Shown piece after piece: positions 31,716 to 32,000 of a DNA stretch of 32,000 bases. A model generated the notes under the pieces. The model did no database searches. It had not been told where the DNA came from and saw nothing but the letters and a program-made list of their open reading frames with translations. Both the position numbers and the translations under genes were made by a program. The DNA lies in NCBI GenBank assembly GCA_016699145.1, contig CP064962.1, forward strand, positions 840,001 through 872,000. Reading direction: 5' to 3'. Within the stretch, counting starts at the first letter, position 1. Every line of letters starts with the position of its first letter. This DNA comes from Candidatus Saccharimonadota bacterium. GTDB taxonomy: Bacteria; Patescibacteriota; Gracilibacteria; UBA1369; 2-02-FULL-48-14.

Positions 31716-31988
31716 ATGGAAAACTCATCACAGCAGTTACAAGATTTTACAGTCGATGCAAACGTCGTAAAACCGCCAGAAACAAACCTTGCACCGTTAG
31801 AAGAAAATCCTTGGGAAGTCAACAATTTAAGAGACGGTTTCGGAACCGACATCATGCAGGCTTTCAACGTTTCTGAAGGAGGGGATTCCGTCGCCACCTA
31901 CGAAGACCATGACCACCTCGCCCTTGCACCCGCCAACGACGCCTTCGCAAGCAATGAAGGCGAACTCGACTCAAGACTCGCCTCCTAA
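31716..31988 (+). CDS. small acidic hypothetical protein
   Basis: 90-aa ORF with ATG start, preceded by an A-rich leader. No motif recognised. Confidence 0.4.
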   Translation: MENSSQQLQDFTVDANVVKPPETNLAPLEENPWEVNNLRDGFGTDIMQAFNVSEGGDSVATYEDHDHLALAPANDAFASNEGELDSRLAS

Positions 31989-32000
31989 AACCCAAAATTT

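Noticed and set aside
1-32000. Alternative genetic code (UGA reassignment, as in some candidate phyla).
   Set aside because: Conserved proteins (MurA, PcrA, the sigma factor, the TA proteins) read through at full length under the standard code. TGA serves as a genuine stop at several well-defined gene ends (for example the IS transposase and murB).
1-32000. CRISPR array, retron/DGR, prophage or a recognisable defence operon.
   Set aside because: No regularly spaced short repeats, and all repeats found are IS-derived or pairwise. No Cas, reverse transcriptase, nuclease/ATPase, capsid or terminase-like ORFs were recognised.

Overview
Mosaic 32-kb bacterial chromosomal window, read under the standard genetic code. 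GC-rich housekeeping genes (murB, murA, a PcrA/UvrD helicase, an ECF sigma/anti-sigma pair, a ComEC-type MBL hydrolase) alternate with visibly AT-richer accessory DNA. The accessory DNA carries orphan secreted/membrane proteins, 4 tRNAs (Pro-UGG, Thr-UGU, Thr-CGU, Tyr-GUA) and two type II toxin-antitoxin modules (higBA, yefM-yoeB). It also holds five IS copies or fragments of three kinds: a decayed IS30-like element; a compact 935-bp IS481-like element (two identical copies with 6-bp TSDs, one internally deleted copy, one solo 58-bp end); and a second, larger IS481-like element. I saw no CRISPR array, rRNA, Cas, reverse transcriptase, phage genes or recognisable defence enzymes, so no canonical novel system can be named. 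Most notable observations: (i) every left end of the 935-bp IS sits exactly 5 bp from a TTGA(C/T)N hexamer that works as the -35 box of an outward-facing promoter. (ii) Two divergent paralogues of an uncharacterised two-TM protein family each lie next to a tRNA. (iii) There are three families of non-IS repeats: a 61-bp palindrome-bearing pair 21 kb apart, a ~150-bp hairpin-bearing pair at gene 3' ends 8.3 kb apart, and 68-bp direct repeats bracketing yefM-yoeB. (iv) An 18-nt identical motif lies upstream of the ECF sigma operon and of the next gene. (v) Five ORF disruptions all map to homopolymer runs, including one in murB, so assembly error is possible. Functional calls rest on motif recognition by eye, not on database searches. 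The lineage guess (uncultivated, CPR/Peregrinibacteria-like) is a low-confidence inference.
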